From Burkholderiaceae bacterium (lineage in GTDB: Bacteria > Pseudomonadota > Gammaproteobacteria > Burkholderiales > Burkholderiaceae_C): 55,537 nt of DNA. The notes below the pieces were generated by a model. It saw only the letters and a list, made by a program, of their open reading frames with translations. It had not been told where the DNA came from and did no database searches. The DNA is taken from assembly GCA_036500445.1 (NCBI GenBank), contig DASYCA010000143.1:1-55537 (forward strand), written 5' to 3'. How positions within the stretch are numbered: the stretch's first letter is position 1; each line of letters begins with the position of its first letter. Positions 27,609 through 37,534 of this stretch are shown one piece after another. Made by a program: the position numbers and the translations under genes.

Positions 27609-28394
27609 ATGCCCGCCCCCTCTCCCGCAGCAGCGTTCGAGGCCATCGCCCCCGAGGCGGCGGACATGCCGCTGTACCGGGTCGTCAAGCGCTCGCTGCT
27701 GAACGCAATCGAATCGGGCAGCTACCCGCCCGGCCAGACGCTGCCGAGCGAGACCGAGATCGCGGTCGCGATGGGCGTCTCGATCGGCACGCTGCGGCGC
27801 GCCGTCGACGAGCTCGCCGCCGAGCATATCCTGGTGCGGCGCCAGGGCCGCGGCACCTTCGTCGCGACCCACGGCACCGACCGCTTCCTGTCCCAGTTCT
27901 TCCAGGTCGAGCGCGAGGACGGGCTGCGCGAGGCGCCGCAGGTCGAGCTGATCTCGTTCGAACGCGGCCGCGCCGACGCCGAGCCGGCGCACGCGCTGGG
28001 CCTGCGCCTCGGCGAGCCGGTGATCCGGATCGAGAACCGGCTGCTGCTGCAGGGCAGCGCGGTGATCCACGACCTGCTGACCCTGCCGCAGGCGCTGTTC
28101 AAGGGCCTGACCGAAAAGCGCTTCCGCGAGCGGCCCGGCACGATCTACCAGTTCTACCAGTCGGACTTCGGCATCACGGTGCTCAACGCGGCCGAGCGCG
28201 CCCGCGCCGGCACCGCCGACCGCCAGTCGGTGCGCGCGCTCGGCCTGGCGCCGGGCCAGCCGGTGATGCAGGTGCGGCGCACCGCGATGACCTTCGGCGA
28301 CCGGCCGGTCGAGTACCGTCTTTCGACGATCGACACGGCGCATCACGAGGTCGTGAACCTGCTGTCGCGTCCGGCAGGCGCCTCGCATGACTGA
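27609..28394 (+). CDS. GntR-family regulator (HutC/UTRA type)
   Basis: PLY..VK, LPSE, GVSIGTLRRA, RRQGRGTFV; C-terminal UTRA-like domain. Confidence 0.92.
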   Translation: MPAPSPAAAFEAIAPEAADMPLYRVVKRSLLNAIESGSYPPGQTLPSETEIAVAMGVSIGTLRRAVDELAAEHILVRRQGRGTFVATHGTDRFLSQFFQVEREDGLREAPQVELISFERGRADAEPAHALGLRLGEPVIRIENRLLLQGSAVIHDLLTLPQALFKGLTEKRFRERPGTIYQFYQSDFGITVLNAAERARAGTADRQSVRALGLAPGQPVMQVRRTAMTFGDRPVEYRLSTIDTAHHEVVNLLSRPAGASHD

Positions 28395-29184
28395 CCTGCG
28401 CCGCGCCGCCCGCGCCGCCGAGCAGGCCGCCTACGCCGCGGGCACGCACCTGCGCGCGTCGCGCTCGCGCCTGGCCGAGATCATGATCACGCACAAGGAC
28501 CCGGGCGAGGTCGTGCGCACGATCTACCGCGAGGCCGAGGCGCTGATCCGCGAGGTCGTGATCCGCGCCTTCCCCGACCACGATTTCATCGGCGAGGAGG
28601 ACGCCGGCGCGACGACCTTCCTGCTCGCCGACACCCAGCCGCACTGGGTCGTCGACCCGCTCGACGGCATCGCGAACTACCAGCGCGGCTACCCGCAGTA
28701 CGCCGTCTCGATCGCGCTGGTGGAGGCCGGCGTGCCGCTCGTCGGCGTGATCTACGACCCGATCCGCGACGAGTTCTTCGGCGCGATCCGCGGCCGCGGT
28801 GCGGTGCTGAACGGCCAGGCGATCCACTGCGCGCCGCCGCACGAGGCGTCGCAGGCGCTCGCCGCGACGGTGTTTCCGGCGCCCAAGAGCCTGCGCATGG
28901 CGCGCTTCATCGGCGAGTTCGGCCGCGTGCTCAAGGGCTTCGGCGGCCTGCGCCGCTCGGGCTCGATGGCGCTGGAGCTGGCCTACCTCGCGGCCGGCCG
29001 GATCGACGCGTTCTGGGCCCACGACATGAGCGCCTGGGAGGCCGCCGCCGGCGTGCTGCTGCTGCAGGAATCCGGCGCCCTGGTCCAGGCCCGCGACGGC
29101 CGCCCGCTGCTGGGCAGCGGCGCGCTGCTGGGCTGCACGCCAACCCTCTACGAAGCCTTCCTCAGCCTGTTGGTCGAAACCTAG
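28387..29184 (+). CDS. Inositol monophosphatase (SuhB)-like protein with degenerate catalytic motifs
   Basis: GEE, WVVDPLDGIANY, RRSGS, AAGRID, WEAAAG. Confidence 0.85.
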   Translation: MTDLRRAARAAEQAAYAAGTHLRASRSRLAEIMITHKDPGEVVRTIYREAEALIREVVIRAFPDHDFIGEEDAGATTFLLADTQPHWVVDPLDGIANYQRGYPQYAVSIALVEAGVPLVGVIYDPIRDEFFGAIRGRGAVLNGQAIHCAPPHEASQALAATVFPAPKSLRMARFIGEFGRVLKGFGGLRRSGSMALELAYLAAGRIDAFWAHDMSAWEAAAGVLLLQESGALVQARDGRPLLGSGALLGCTPTLYEAFLSLLVET

Positions 29185-29257
29185 GACCAAGCGACGACCG
29201 GTTGAATCCGCCGCGCGTAGCGGCCGCTCGTTATGTCTGCCTGCGCTCGGGTCGGAA

Positions 29258-29319
29258 TGCGTTCGGGTGCCCGGCGCAGTGAACGCTCTACCCCTCACTG
29301 TGCCGGGCACCCGGACGTA
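29258..29319 (+). repeat. 25-bp stem / 12-nt loop hairpin
   Basis: Arms 29258-29282 and 29295-29319 pair fully with three G-U wobbles on the plus strand. Confidence 0.85.
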
Positions 29320-29368
29320 CGCCGGCCTCGCTCCACGAACCTCCTCCCCGTTGTCGTAAGCTTCGGCC

Positions 29369-30283
29369 ATGAAGAAATCGACTCTGACAGGCCGCAATTT
29401 CCCCAGCGCCCAACAGGACGCCGCCGCCAACGCCACCAACGCGACCAAGACCCTGGGCCGTTACGAAGGCCCCGAAAGTTCGTACAGCCTCGCCTTCACC
29501 GACCAGCACTTCCTGCTGCGCGAGGAGATGCGCCCGGTGCGCATGCAGCTCGAGCTGCTCAAGCCCGAGATGATCCAGAACGAGCAGGGCATCGAATCGA
29601 CGATCGTGATCTTCGGCAGCGCCCGCATCCCGCCGCCGGACGTCGCCCAGCGCGCGCTCGACGACGCCACCCGCACCAACAACGTCGCGGCGATGGCGAT
29701 CGCGCGCCGCAACGTGGCGATGTCGCACTACTACGAGGAGGCGCGCCGCTTCGGCCGGCTGATCACCGAGAAGTCGCGCACGCTCGAGACGCCGATCTAC
29801 GTCGTCACCGGCGGCGGCCCCGGCATCATGGAGGCCGGCAACCGCGGCGCGTTCGAGGCCGGCGGCAAGAGCATCGGGCTGAACATCGTGCTGCAGCACG
29901 AACAGGCGCCGAACCCGTACATCACGCCCGAGCTGTGCTTCGAGTTCCACTACTTCGCGCTGCGCAAGATGCACTTTCTGATGCGCTCGGTGGCGCTCGC
30001 GTGCTTTCCCGGCGGCTTCGGCACGCTGGACGAGATGTTCGAGGCGCTGACCCTGATCCAGACCGGCAAGTCGCGCCGCCGCCCGGTGCTGCTGTTCGGC
30101 CGCGAGTTCTGGGACAAGCTGATCAACTTCGACCAGCTCGTCGAGACCGGCATGATCAGCCCGGACGACCTGAAGCTGTTCCGCTTCGTCGAAACCGCCG
30201 AGGAAGCCTGGGAGGTGCTGGACACCGAATACGGCTTCGAGCTGCGCGACCCGGACAAGGCCGCGCCGGCGCCCGACCTCTAG
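29369..30283 (+). CDS. LOG-family protein (TIGR00730-like)
   Basis: IFGSAR, TGGGPGIMEA.NRGA, YFALRK, PGGFGTLDE. Confidence 0.92.
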   Translation: MKKSTLTGRNFPSAQQDAAANATNATKTLGRYEGPESSYSLAFTDQHFLLREEMRPVRMQLELLKPEMIQNEQGIESTIVIFGSARIPPPDVAQRALDDATRTNNVAAMAIARRNVAMSHYYEEARRFGRLITEKSRTLETPIYVVTGGGPGIMEAGNRGAFEAGGKSIGLNIVLQHEQAPNPYITPELCFEFHYFALRKMHFLMRSVALACFPGGFGTLDEMFEALTLIQTGKSRRRPVLLFGREFWDKLINFDQLVETGMISPDDLKLFRFVETAEEAWEVLDTEYGFELRDPDKAAPAPDL

Positions 30284-30305
30284 CCCGCCACCGAAAGCCT
30301 GCCCG

Positions 30306-31220
30306 ATGAACCGGCTCGTTTCCCTGATCGGCGCCCCGACCGACATCGGCGCCGGCAGCCGCGGCGCCAGCATGGGGCCGGAGGCGTTGCGCGTCGCCAA
30401 CCTCGGGCCGGTGCTGACCGGGCACGGGGTCGACGTCATCGACCGCGGCAACCTCGCCGGCCCGGCCAACCCCTGGTTGCCGCCGGTCGCCGGCTACCGC
30501 CACCTGAACGAGGTCGTGGCCTGGAACCAAGCCGTGCACGCCGCCGTCTACGCCGAGCTGCAGGGCGGGCGCATGCCGATCCTGCTCGGCGGCGACCATT
30601 GCCTGGGCATCGGCTCGATCAGCGCCGTCGCGCGCCACTGCCGCGAGGCCGGCAAGAAGCTGCGCGTGCTGTGGCTGGACGCGCACGCCGACTTCAACAC
30701 CAGCGCGCTGACCCCGAGCGGCAACATCCACGGCATGCCGGTCGCGTGCCTGTGCGGCTACGGCCCGCAGGCGCTGATCGAGATCGGCGGCACGGTGCCG
30801 GCGCTCAGCCCGAAGGCGGTCCGCCAGATCGGCATCCGCAGCGTCGACCCGGGCGAAAAGCGCCTCGTGCACGAGGCCGGCCTGGAGGTCTTCGACATGC
30901 GCTACATCGACGAGATGGGCATGCGCCACACGATGGAGCTGGCGCTCGCGACGCTGGACGCGAACACGCACCTGCACGTGAGCTTCGATGTCGATTTTCT
31001 GGACGCCGACATCGCCCCGGGCGTCGGCACGACGGTCAAGGGCGGGCCGACCTACCGCGAGGCGCAGCTGTGCATGGAGATGATCGCCGACACCGGGCGG
31101 CTCGCGTCGCTGGACGTGATGGAGCTGAACCCGGCGCTGGACGTGCGCAACGGCACCGCGATCGTCGCGGTGGATCTGATCGAGTCGCTGTTCGGGAAGA
31201 GCACGTTGATGCGGCGCTGA
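30306..31220 (+). CDS. rocF: Arginase
   Basis: GGDHC, DAHADFN, SGNIHGMP, SFDVD, ELNP. Confidence 0.93.
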   Translation: MNRLVSLIGAPTDIGAGSRGASMGPEALRVANLGPVLTGHGVDVIDRGNLAGPANPWLPPVAGYRHLNEVVAWNQAVHAAVYAELQGGRMPILLGGDHCLGIGSISAVARHCREAGKKLRVLWLDAHADFNTSALTPSGNIHGMPVACLCGYGPQALIEIGGTVPALSPKAVRQIGIRSVDPGEKRLVHEAGLEVFDMRYIDEMGMRHTMELALATLDANTHLHVSFDVDFLDADIAPGVGTTVKGGPTYREAQLCMEMIADTGRLASLDVMELNPALDVRNGTAIVAVDLIESLFGKSTLMRR

Positions 31221-31223
31221 GGG

Positions 31224-31673
31224 CTACCAGCAGTTGGCCGTCGTCAGCGTGTTGTTGACGTTGCTCTGCACACCGAAATTGTCGATCTTGAAGTCGCCGC
31301 AGGTGTCGTTCGCTTGGGCGCCGACGCGCGTGGCCGTGGCCGTGAAGGTCGTCGTCGTCGGGAGCGAGACGTTCAACTGGTAGTAAGCCGTGCCGCTGGA
31401 GATGATGTTGACCGGGAACGTGCCGGCGTAGCCGAAGTCCGCGGGCGTGTTCGAATACTGGTTCTTGATGCTGTAGATACGCTCCTCTTTCGCGGCGAGG
31501 TCCAGCAGCGCGTTCTTCGCATCGGTGCGGCGCGCCTTCTGGATGTACCTCGTGTACGCGGGAATCGCGATCGCCGCGAGGATCCCGATGATCGCCACGA
31601 CGATCATCATTTCGATCAGCGTGAAGCCACCGCGCCGGCGCCGTGGAGACATGACGGAAAGGCAGTTGTTCAT
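31224..31673 (-). CDS. pilE: Type IV minor pilin PilE
   Basis: G/FTLIEMMIVVAIIGILAAIAIPAY prepilin motif; C-terminal D.CG...CW. Confidence 0.92.
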   Translation of the reverse strand: MNNCLSVMSPRRRRGGFTLIEMMIVVAIIGILAAIAIPAYTRYIQKARRTDAKNALLDLAAKEERIYSIKNQYSNTPADFGYAGTFPVNIISSGTAYYQLNVSLPTTTTFTATATRVGAQANDTCGDFKIDNFGVQSNVNNTLTTANCW

Positions 31674-31676
31674 CGT

Positions 31677-34600
31677 TTAGCGCAGTTGCTTCCAGTTGAG
31701 CCGAGTGCCGGTGCCGCCGCCGGCCGGTTTGACGCGCGGAGGAACGGTGCCGGGCGCGCTGCCGGTGCCGCCGGCGTTCTGCTGAATCACGTAGCGCTGG
31801 CCCTTGCTGGTCGTCACGATCGACGGTGAACCCGTCCCGCTCAAGCCCAGGCCGGCGACGATCCCGCCGGTGGCGGTCAGGGGATTGCCGTTGCTGTCGA
31901 GGAAGAACGACGAGGTTCCCGAACCCCCGTTGGCCACGCTCACCGCCATCGTGAAACCGGAGGCCGGCTGCGGGTCGCACGACAAGTTCTGCGCGACCGC
32001 GGGGATCACCGTGTTGACAAGCACGGTATCGCCCGAGAGGACCGGGTTGAAGATGATCTGCTCGCCCGACGACACCGGCAGCGGCATCGGCAGAACCCAC
32101 CCGAACTTGGTGTTGCCCGTGGAGCAGGCGGTCGCGCCGCTCCAGCAGACGGGCAGGTTGGTCACGGTCCGGGTGCCGCCCGACACCGTCGACGTCCCGC
32201 TGCTCGCAACGTTCGCGGTGGTCTGGCTCACGAGCTTGGCCACCGTCACGGTCTGCGGCGCAGCCAGGCTGGCGTACCTGGCACCGACCGGCGCCGAGGC
32301 GCTCCACGTGCTCAGATCCCAGTCCCAGATGCCATACAGCGCTTGCTGGGTACCGGACGCAAAGCTCACCGCGCTGGTCAGCGTCTGCGGATACTGCCGG
32401 CCGGTACCGAAGCTCACCACGACACGCGGCAATCCGCCGGTCGTCGCAGCGGGAACGATGGCGGCAACGACCGACGTCGTGATCGGCTGGCCGCTCGTCG
32501 TCTTGAACATCGGCGCGGAAGCCGCAGTCCAGGCCGCCGGATCTTGGCTCGTCAGGTCGAAGCGCCAGAGGTTGCCGAAGGCGTCGCCGCCGTACGCATA
32601 GTCGGTGATGTGGTCGCCATCGAGGTCCAGCGACGCCACATAGGCGATGCCGTTCTTCGAGTTCTTGCCGGCCGGGTCCTGGCTCGGGCCATACCCGGTG
32701 TCGAGGAATCGAAAGGTCCGCCCACCGTTGCTGTCGACCAGCATGATGTACATCCCGGCCGTGCCGGTCGAACTGTTCAGCCCGTTGCCGAACAGGACCG
32801 CCCAGTTGCCGTTGTGCAGCCGGCGGATGATCGGCGTGCCCACGGTGCTGCCGAGGTTGGTTCCGCAGGTCGCACCGCCGCCGCTCGCGCAGGAGAGCGT
32901 GGCCGTGGTCCATTCACCGAGCACGAGTGACGAAGCCGCCGCCGTGGTCTCCGCGAACTTCGTCGGGTCGGTCACGTCGAGCCCGAACATCACGCCGTTG
33001 GCGGTCGTCAGGCCGTCGCCGACCGCCCCGGTGGCATTGCCACCGTAGCCGGCGCCGCCGATCAGCCAGGTGTGCCAGGCGTTGCCGTAATAGAGATCGC
33101 CGATCGCCGGCGTCGCGTCGACATAGAAATTGTGCGCGTACTGCACGGCCGTGAAGTCGAGTGTCGGCGTGCTCGGATGAATGGTCGACAGAATTGCCGC
33201 CGGCATGTAGCCCAGCACTTCCTTGCCGTCATTGGGCCACGATGCCGTCGTGCCCTGGTAGGTGCCGTTGCTGTCGGTGAAGCCGGCGCGGAAGGCGTGC
33301 AGGAACCCGTCGTTCGCACCGGCGTAGACCACGTTCTGGCGTGACGCGTTGCTGCTGACGAAGCCGGCGTACGAACCGGCCTTCTCGAGCACCGTCGCGG
33401 TCGGGTACTTCGCGTCCTGCCAGGAAATCGCGTACGGCAAGGATGGTGCCCCGGACCAGGTCGGACTCGAATCGACGATGTCGCCGAGCACCCCGGTGCG
33501 CGTGCGCAGCGTGCCGCCGTTGGCGAGCTCGCTGGTGCGAACGCCGCGCAGGTAGTTCAGCCGAACGAACCCCGGGCTCGAATCGCCGAGCGCGGTCAGT
33601 TGGGCCGCCGTGAGGTTCGCCCCCTCGAACGGGACACCGGTCGTGCCGTTCCAGGTCAGCAGGCTGCGCGCGCCCGACCCTTGCGCGGTGGTGGTGCCGC
33701 CGGTCGACAGGCAGGCGCCGCCGGTGAGCACGCAACTCCCGTCCCAGTTGGGCGAGCCGGCATAACTCACGGCCCCGGTCGTCGCGTCGGTCAACAACGA
33801 GGTCGCCGTCAGCTGGCCCCACGAGTTCAAGGGATGGTAATAGGCCAGGTAGACCTGCGTGCCCGCGTTGACCGGTGCCGACTGCTGGCCGTTCGTGCTG
33901 GCCGAGCTGTCGGCCAGCTGGGTCGGGGCGGCCTTGAAGCAGGTGATCTCGTGAACATTGCTGCCGCCGCCGGTGCCGGCCGAGAAGCCGAAACGGAAAG
34001 TGGCCGGCAGCGGGCCGTTCGATTCGGTGATCTGCTTGTGCGTGATCACCGGCAGAGACGCACCGCCGTTGATGCTGTACGAGAAATCGAGGTAGCCGTC
34101 GTACGTGAGATTCAGCGAATAGGTGACCGGGGTCGCGCTGCCGCGCAACGGCATGTTGACGGCTTCCTGGCTGTACAGGGTGACTCCAGTGAGCGTACTG
34201 GTCGCCAGGATCGGGTAGTTGAAGGCCAGCTTGACCTTCGAATCAACCGGCTTGCTGGCCTTGCTGTAGTCCCACAACGTTCCCGTCGAACAGGTGTTGT
34301 GGACCGCCGCCAGTTGGTTCGCCGCGCTCAGCGTCGATGGGTAGTAGGTCGAGTTCAGCGTGTGCAGCGAGGCCCAGGCGGTGTTGCCCGCACCGCGCAT
34401 CGCGATCTGGCCCGGATTCTGCCCGGCGCCGCTGTTCGTGTTGTCGCCCGGATTCGTGAAGTTGCCGAACTCGTCGATGCCGACACCGATGTAGCCATTG
34501 ATCACACCGTCGTAGACGGGATTGCCGTTCGAGCAGCTGTAGCCCAGGCTCCCCCCCAGCGCACCGACGCTGGGCGCAGACGACCCGTCGGACAGGAAGA

Positions 34601-35051
34601 AGCTGATGCCGTCGGCGCCGGACGCCTTGTTATTGCTGTTCGCGTACGCATTGCCTCCGTAGGTCACGGTCTTGAATGTCACCTGCAGCCCCTGATTGCT
34701 CGGGAAGGTGAAGTTCGAGACGACGGCGCCGGTCTGGTTGTTGCCGTTGGTGCCGGTGGTCGTGTCGCCGTTGGTGAGGCGCAGCGCGCCATTGCCCACG
34801 GTGTCGGGCAGCCGGCCGGTCGCGCCCCCAACCTGGGTCGCGCTGCCGTAGTACGGCAATCCCACGCATTTGGGGATCGCTCCACTGCCGTCGCCGGCAG
34901 TCAGGCACGCACCGTTGAGCGCCTTCCAGTTGAGCGTGGATGCAGCGCCATTCAGTGTGTCGCTGATGACCAGCTGTGCCTGCGCCGTCTGGTGCAGGCA
35001 TGCCGCCAGACCGAGAAGGCCCGCGGCGCGAAACAGATCGAGGGCTTTCAT
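31677..35051 (-). CDS. pilY1: PilY1 pilus-tip adhesin with N-terminal L-type lectin-like domain
   Basis: Start MKALD overlaps the pilX stop; signal peptide; LGDIVDS, YAGANDGFLHAF, DLDGDHITD, GDAFGNLWRFDL, RLNWKQL. Confidence 0.9.
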   Translation of the reverse strand: MKALDLFRAAGLLGLAACLHQTAQAQLVISDTLNGAASTLNWKALNGACLTAGDGSGAIPKCVGLPYYGSATQVGGATGRLPDTVGNGALRLTNGDTTTGTNGNNQTGAVVSNFTFPSNQGLQVTFKTVTYGGNAYANSNNKASGADGISFFLSDGSSAPSVGALGGSLGYSCSNGNPVYDGVINGYIGVGIDEFGNFTNPGDNTNSGAGQNPGQIAMRGAGNTAWASLHTLNSTYYPSTLSAANQLAAVHNTCSTGTLWDYSKASKPVDSKVKLAFNYPILATSTLTGVTLYSQEAVNMPLRGSATPVTYSLNLTYDGYLDFSYSINGGASLPVITHKQITESNGPLPATFRFGFSAGTGGGSNVHEITCFKAAPTQLADSSASTNGQQSAPVNAGTQVYLAYYHPLNSWGQLTATSLLTDATTGAVSYAGSPNWDGSCVLTGGACLSTGGTTTAQGSGARSLLTWNGTTGVPFEGANLTAAQLTALGDSSPGFVRLNYLRGVRTSELANGGTLRTRTGVLGDIVDSSPTWSGAPSLPYAISWQDAKYPTATVLEKAGSYAGFVSSNASRQNVVYAGANDGFLHAFRAGFTDSNGTYQGTTASWPNDGKEVLGYMPAAILSTIHPSTPTLDFTAVQYAHNFYVDATPAIGDLYYGNAWHTWLIGGAGYGGNATGAVGDGLTTANGVMFGLDVTDPTKFAETTAAASSLVLGEWTTATLSCASGGGATCGTNLGSTVGTPIIRRLHNGNWAVLFGNGLNSSTGTAGMYIMLVDSNGGRTFRFLDTGYGPSQDPAGKNSKNGIAYVASLDLDGDHITDYAYGGDAFGNLWRFDLTSQDPAAWTAASAPMFKTTSGQPITTSVVAAIVPAATTGGLPRVVVSFGTGRQYPQTLTSAVSFASGTQQALYGIWDWDLSTWSASAPVGARYASLAAPQTVTVAKLVSQTTANVASSGTSTVSGGTRTVTNLPVCWSGATACSTGNTKFGWVLPMPLPVSSGEQIIFNPVLSGDTVLVNTVIPAVAQNLSCDPQPASGFTMAVSVANGGSGTSSFFLDSNGNPLTATGGIVAGLGLSGTGSPSIVTTSKGQRYVIQQNAGGTGSAPGTVPPRVKPAGGGTGTRLNWKQLR

Positions 35052-35629
35052 GGGCAACTCCCGCATGTGACTTGTGACTGCAATCGATACGTGCTCTGGA
35101 CCACGCTCCGGGTCTCGGAGCTCCCGCCCTGGCCCATCGCGGTGACCTGATACAAGGAGCCGTTGGCGTCGGCTGTGAGCCCGAGGTAGCTCACGTACAA
35201 CCGGGGCATGGCCTGGTAGTTGATGTCGCCACCCGTCGCCAAACCGCCCCCGGCGAGGACCACCATGCCCGCCGGCTTGTAGCTGTACCACCCCGGCCAG
35301 GTGTCTTCCAGCGCCGGCGTCGCGAGGCCACCGCTGCACACGGCGAGCGATGCGATCGCCTGGTTGGACGCGGTGCACGCGATCTGCGTCCCCGCGTTGC
35401 CCTGGCCAAGCCACGTTTCACCGTATTGCAGTGCACCTTGCGCCGCCTCGAAAGAACGCTGCTTGTCGCGTGTGTTGCCGGCGATCTTCTCCTGCATCGT
35501 GAAGCTGCGGAACATCGAGGCCGACAGCAGCAGCAAGACGAGCATGAACAGCAGGCCGATGACCAGGATGAAGCCGCGATCGGCATGCCGGCGGCGCGCG
35601 CGCGAGAAAAGGGGACGACGCTGGTTCAT
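35048..35629 (-). CDS. pilX: Type IV minor pilin PilX
   Basis: RGFILVIGLLFMLVL (no E5), QEKIAGN.RD..RSFEAA. Confidence 0.88.
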   Translation of the reverse strand: MNQRRPLFSRARRRHADRGFILVIGLLFMLVLLLLSASMFRSFTMQEKIAGNTRDKQRSFEAAQGALQYGETWLGQGNAGTQIACTASNQAIASLAVCSGGLATPALEDTWPGWYSYKPAGMVVLAGGGLATGGDINYQAMPRLYVSYLGLTADANGSLYQVTAMGQGGSSETRSVVQSTYRLQSQVTCGSCP

Positions 35630-36390
35630 TGGTTGCCGTTCATCAGGCTGACCGTCGTCACCCAGGTAATCGGCTGCGTGCCGTACGGATTGACGAAATT
35701 GATCGTGATCTGCGCGGTCTTCGCAAACTTCCACAGGCCGGTCATCGAGGACGCCGCCATGTATTGGGTCGCGCTGTTGCCGCCGGTGCCCGCGGCGTCG
35801 ACACCGTACAGGACCGTGAACGACTTGACCCCGCTGACCAGTGCGTTGGTCCCCGCCGGCGTGGGGGTGAGGGACCCCTTGAGATAGACCGTGCACTGCA
35901 AATCGTTGGTCGCACTGACGCTGAACACGCTGGCGATGACCGTCGGCACGGTCGCCGAGGTCGCGCTGTCTCCGAGGCAACTGCTTTGCAGGTCGGTCGA
36001 CAGCGCCGCGAATTGCGTGGCGAGCACCTCGCCGACACCGTTCGCGCCACCGGAGACGCCGGCGATGCCCTGCCCGGCGAGGAACTGGGCGGTGCTGTTG
36101 GGGACGCTGTACGCCGGCAGGGCCTGGACCCGCGTGAATTGATTCGGATTCGGGAAGAAGCCCGCCGCCTGGATCGACGAGGTCAGCAAGGTCATCGCGA
36201 GCCGCTCGTTGTCTTCCAGCTGCGCGAGCTGGTCCTGCGAGCTGAACGCCGACTTGGTGTTGATGAACACGGCACCGAGAGCCGCCGAGATGAACAGGCC
36301 GATCGTGACCGCGATCATCAACTCGATCAGGCTGAAGCCCGATTCGATCGATCGGCCCGAACGGCGGCGTGACAGGAGTTCTGGCTTCAT
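35626..36390 (-). CDS. pilW: Type IV minor pilin PilW
   Basis: GFSLIELMIAVTIGL; LYGVD. Confidence 0.88.
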   Translation of the reverse strand: MKPELLSRRRSGRSIESGFSLIELMIAVTIGLFISAALGAVFINTKSAFSSQDQLAQLEDNERLAMTLLTSSIQAAGFFPNPNQFTRVQALPAYSVPNSTAQFLAGQGIAGVSGGANGVGEVLATQFAALSTDLQSSCLGDSATSATVPTVIASVFSVSATNDLQCTVYLKGSLTPTPAGTNALVSGVKSFTVLYGVDAAGTGGNSATQYMAASSMTGLWKFAKTAQITINFVNPYGTQPITWVTTVSLMNGNQ

Positions 36391-36905
36391 GGCGTGCCCG
36401 GCGTAACGAACAGCGAATACGGCTGGCTGGTCACCTGCCCAGCCGCCGACGCCTGCGAGGAGTTGATGGCCACGGTCTTTTCGGCCCACGAAATCGTGAT
36501 GACGCAGGTCACCGGAGTGGCAGTGGGCGTGCAGGACACGGTCGCGCTGTAGCTCGGGATCTGGCTGTTGATGCCGTTGACCCAGTTCTTCCAGTCATAG
36601 GCGTACATATCCGCCGGGTTGCTGCAAAGAGCATTCAAGCAGTCGCTCACGCCGGCCGTGCTCGCGCCGGTGGCGCTGAGCGACGTGGGGGCGGACGGGC
36701 TGCCCCAGTAGCCGGGGTTGCCATGCATCAGCGCCGCCAGGCTGCTGGCCTGCAACGCCACCAGCGAGCGCACACGCGCCACTTGCGTATTGGAGATCGA
36801 CGCCGCCTGCATCTTTGCGACACCCAGCAGCGACACGGAGACGATGACGATGGTGACCAGCACCTCGATCAACGAGAAGCCGGGCTGCGCCTGGCGAGAC
36901 CGCAT
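36387..36905 (-). CDS. pilV: Type IV minor pilin PilV
   Basis: GFSLIEVLVTIVIVSVSLLGVAKMQ; ITISW. Confidence 0.88.
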   Translation of the reverse strand: MRSRQAQPGFSLIEVLVTIVIVSVSLLGVAKMQAASISNTQVARVRSLVALQASSLAALMHGNPGYWGSPSAPTSLSATGASTAGVSDCLNALCSNPADMYAYDWKNWVNGINSQIPSYSATVSCTPTATPVTCVITISWAEKTVAINSSQASAAGQVTSQPYSLFVTPGTP

Positions 36906-36907
36906 CT

Positions 36908-37534
36908 TCAGGTGCACTGGGCGCCCCCCAACGATTGCACGGCCTGATGACCGATCAGGCTGACGACGACACAGCGAACCGCGTTGTTGTTGGCGGGCGT
37001 CGTCGTCACCTTGATCGACGCCAACGCGCCGTTCAGGTTGGTCGCGAAGCCCATGCGGCCATAGGTGATCACGGTGGTGCCGGTCGCGTTCGGCAAGATG
37101 GGCAGGAACGTGTCCCCCCCGGTCCAGGCCGCGCGCTTGCGCAACACGTTGTCGTTGGCGGAGGGGGTGGCGGAGGTGTCGACCGCGCCGTTTCCGTTGA
37201 CATCGGTGAAAACGATCCAGCCCGATTGCCAGGCGTTCGTCCCGAGGCAGCTGCTGCCGTCGCTCGACGGGCAGATCGACACCGTCTGGCCGGTCTTGAT
37301 CGCTTCGGAGCGAGCGTATTGAAGGTCGCCAACGAACGAATTGACCTCGCCCGAAACCCGATTGCGCTGGATCATGTCGGTGAACCCGGGAATCGCGATC
37401 ATCGTGAGAATCGCCGCAATCGCGATGACGACCAGCAACTCGATCAGCGTGAACCCGGCACGACGCCAATGCCGCAGACGGCTCGCCCGTTGCGGCGCCT
37501 CGCGGCAATCACACATCTTGACAAGTTCGGTCAT
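36908..37534 (-). CDS. fimT: FimT/FimU minor pilin
   Basis: GFTLIELLVVIAIAAIL, LQYARSEAIK, W.SGWIVF.D. Confidence 0.9.
   Translation of the reverse strand: MTELVKMCDCREAPQRASRLRHWRRAGFTLIELLVVIAIAAILTMIAIPGFTDMIQRNRVSGEVNSFVGDLQYARSEAIKTGQTVSICPSSDGSSCLGTNAWQSGWIVFTDVNGNGAVDTSATPSANDNVLRKRAAWTGGDTFLPILPNATGTTVITYGRMGFATNLNGALASIKVTTTPANNNAVRCVVVSLIGHQAVQSLGGAQCT

Noticed and set aside
29181-29237. Possible integron attC site ending GTTATGT
   Set aside because: No matching RYYYAAC inverse core, and no integrase or cassette array
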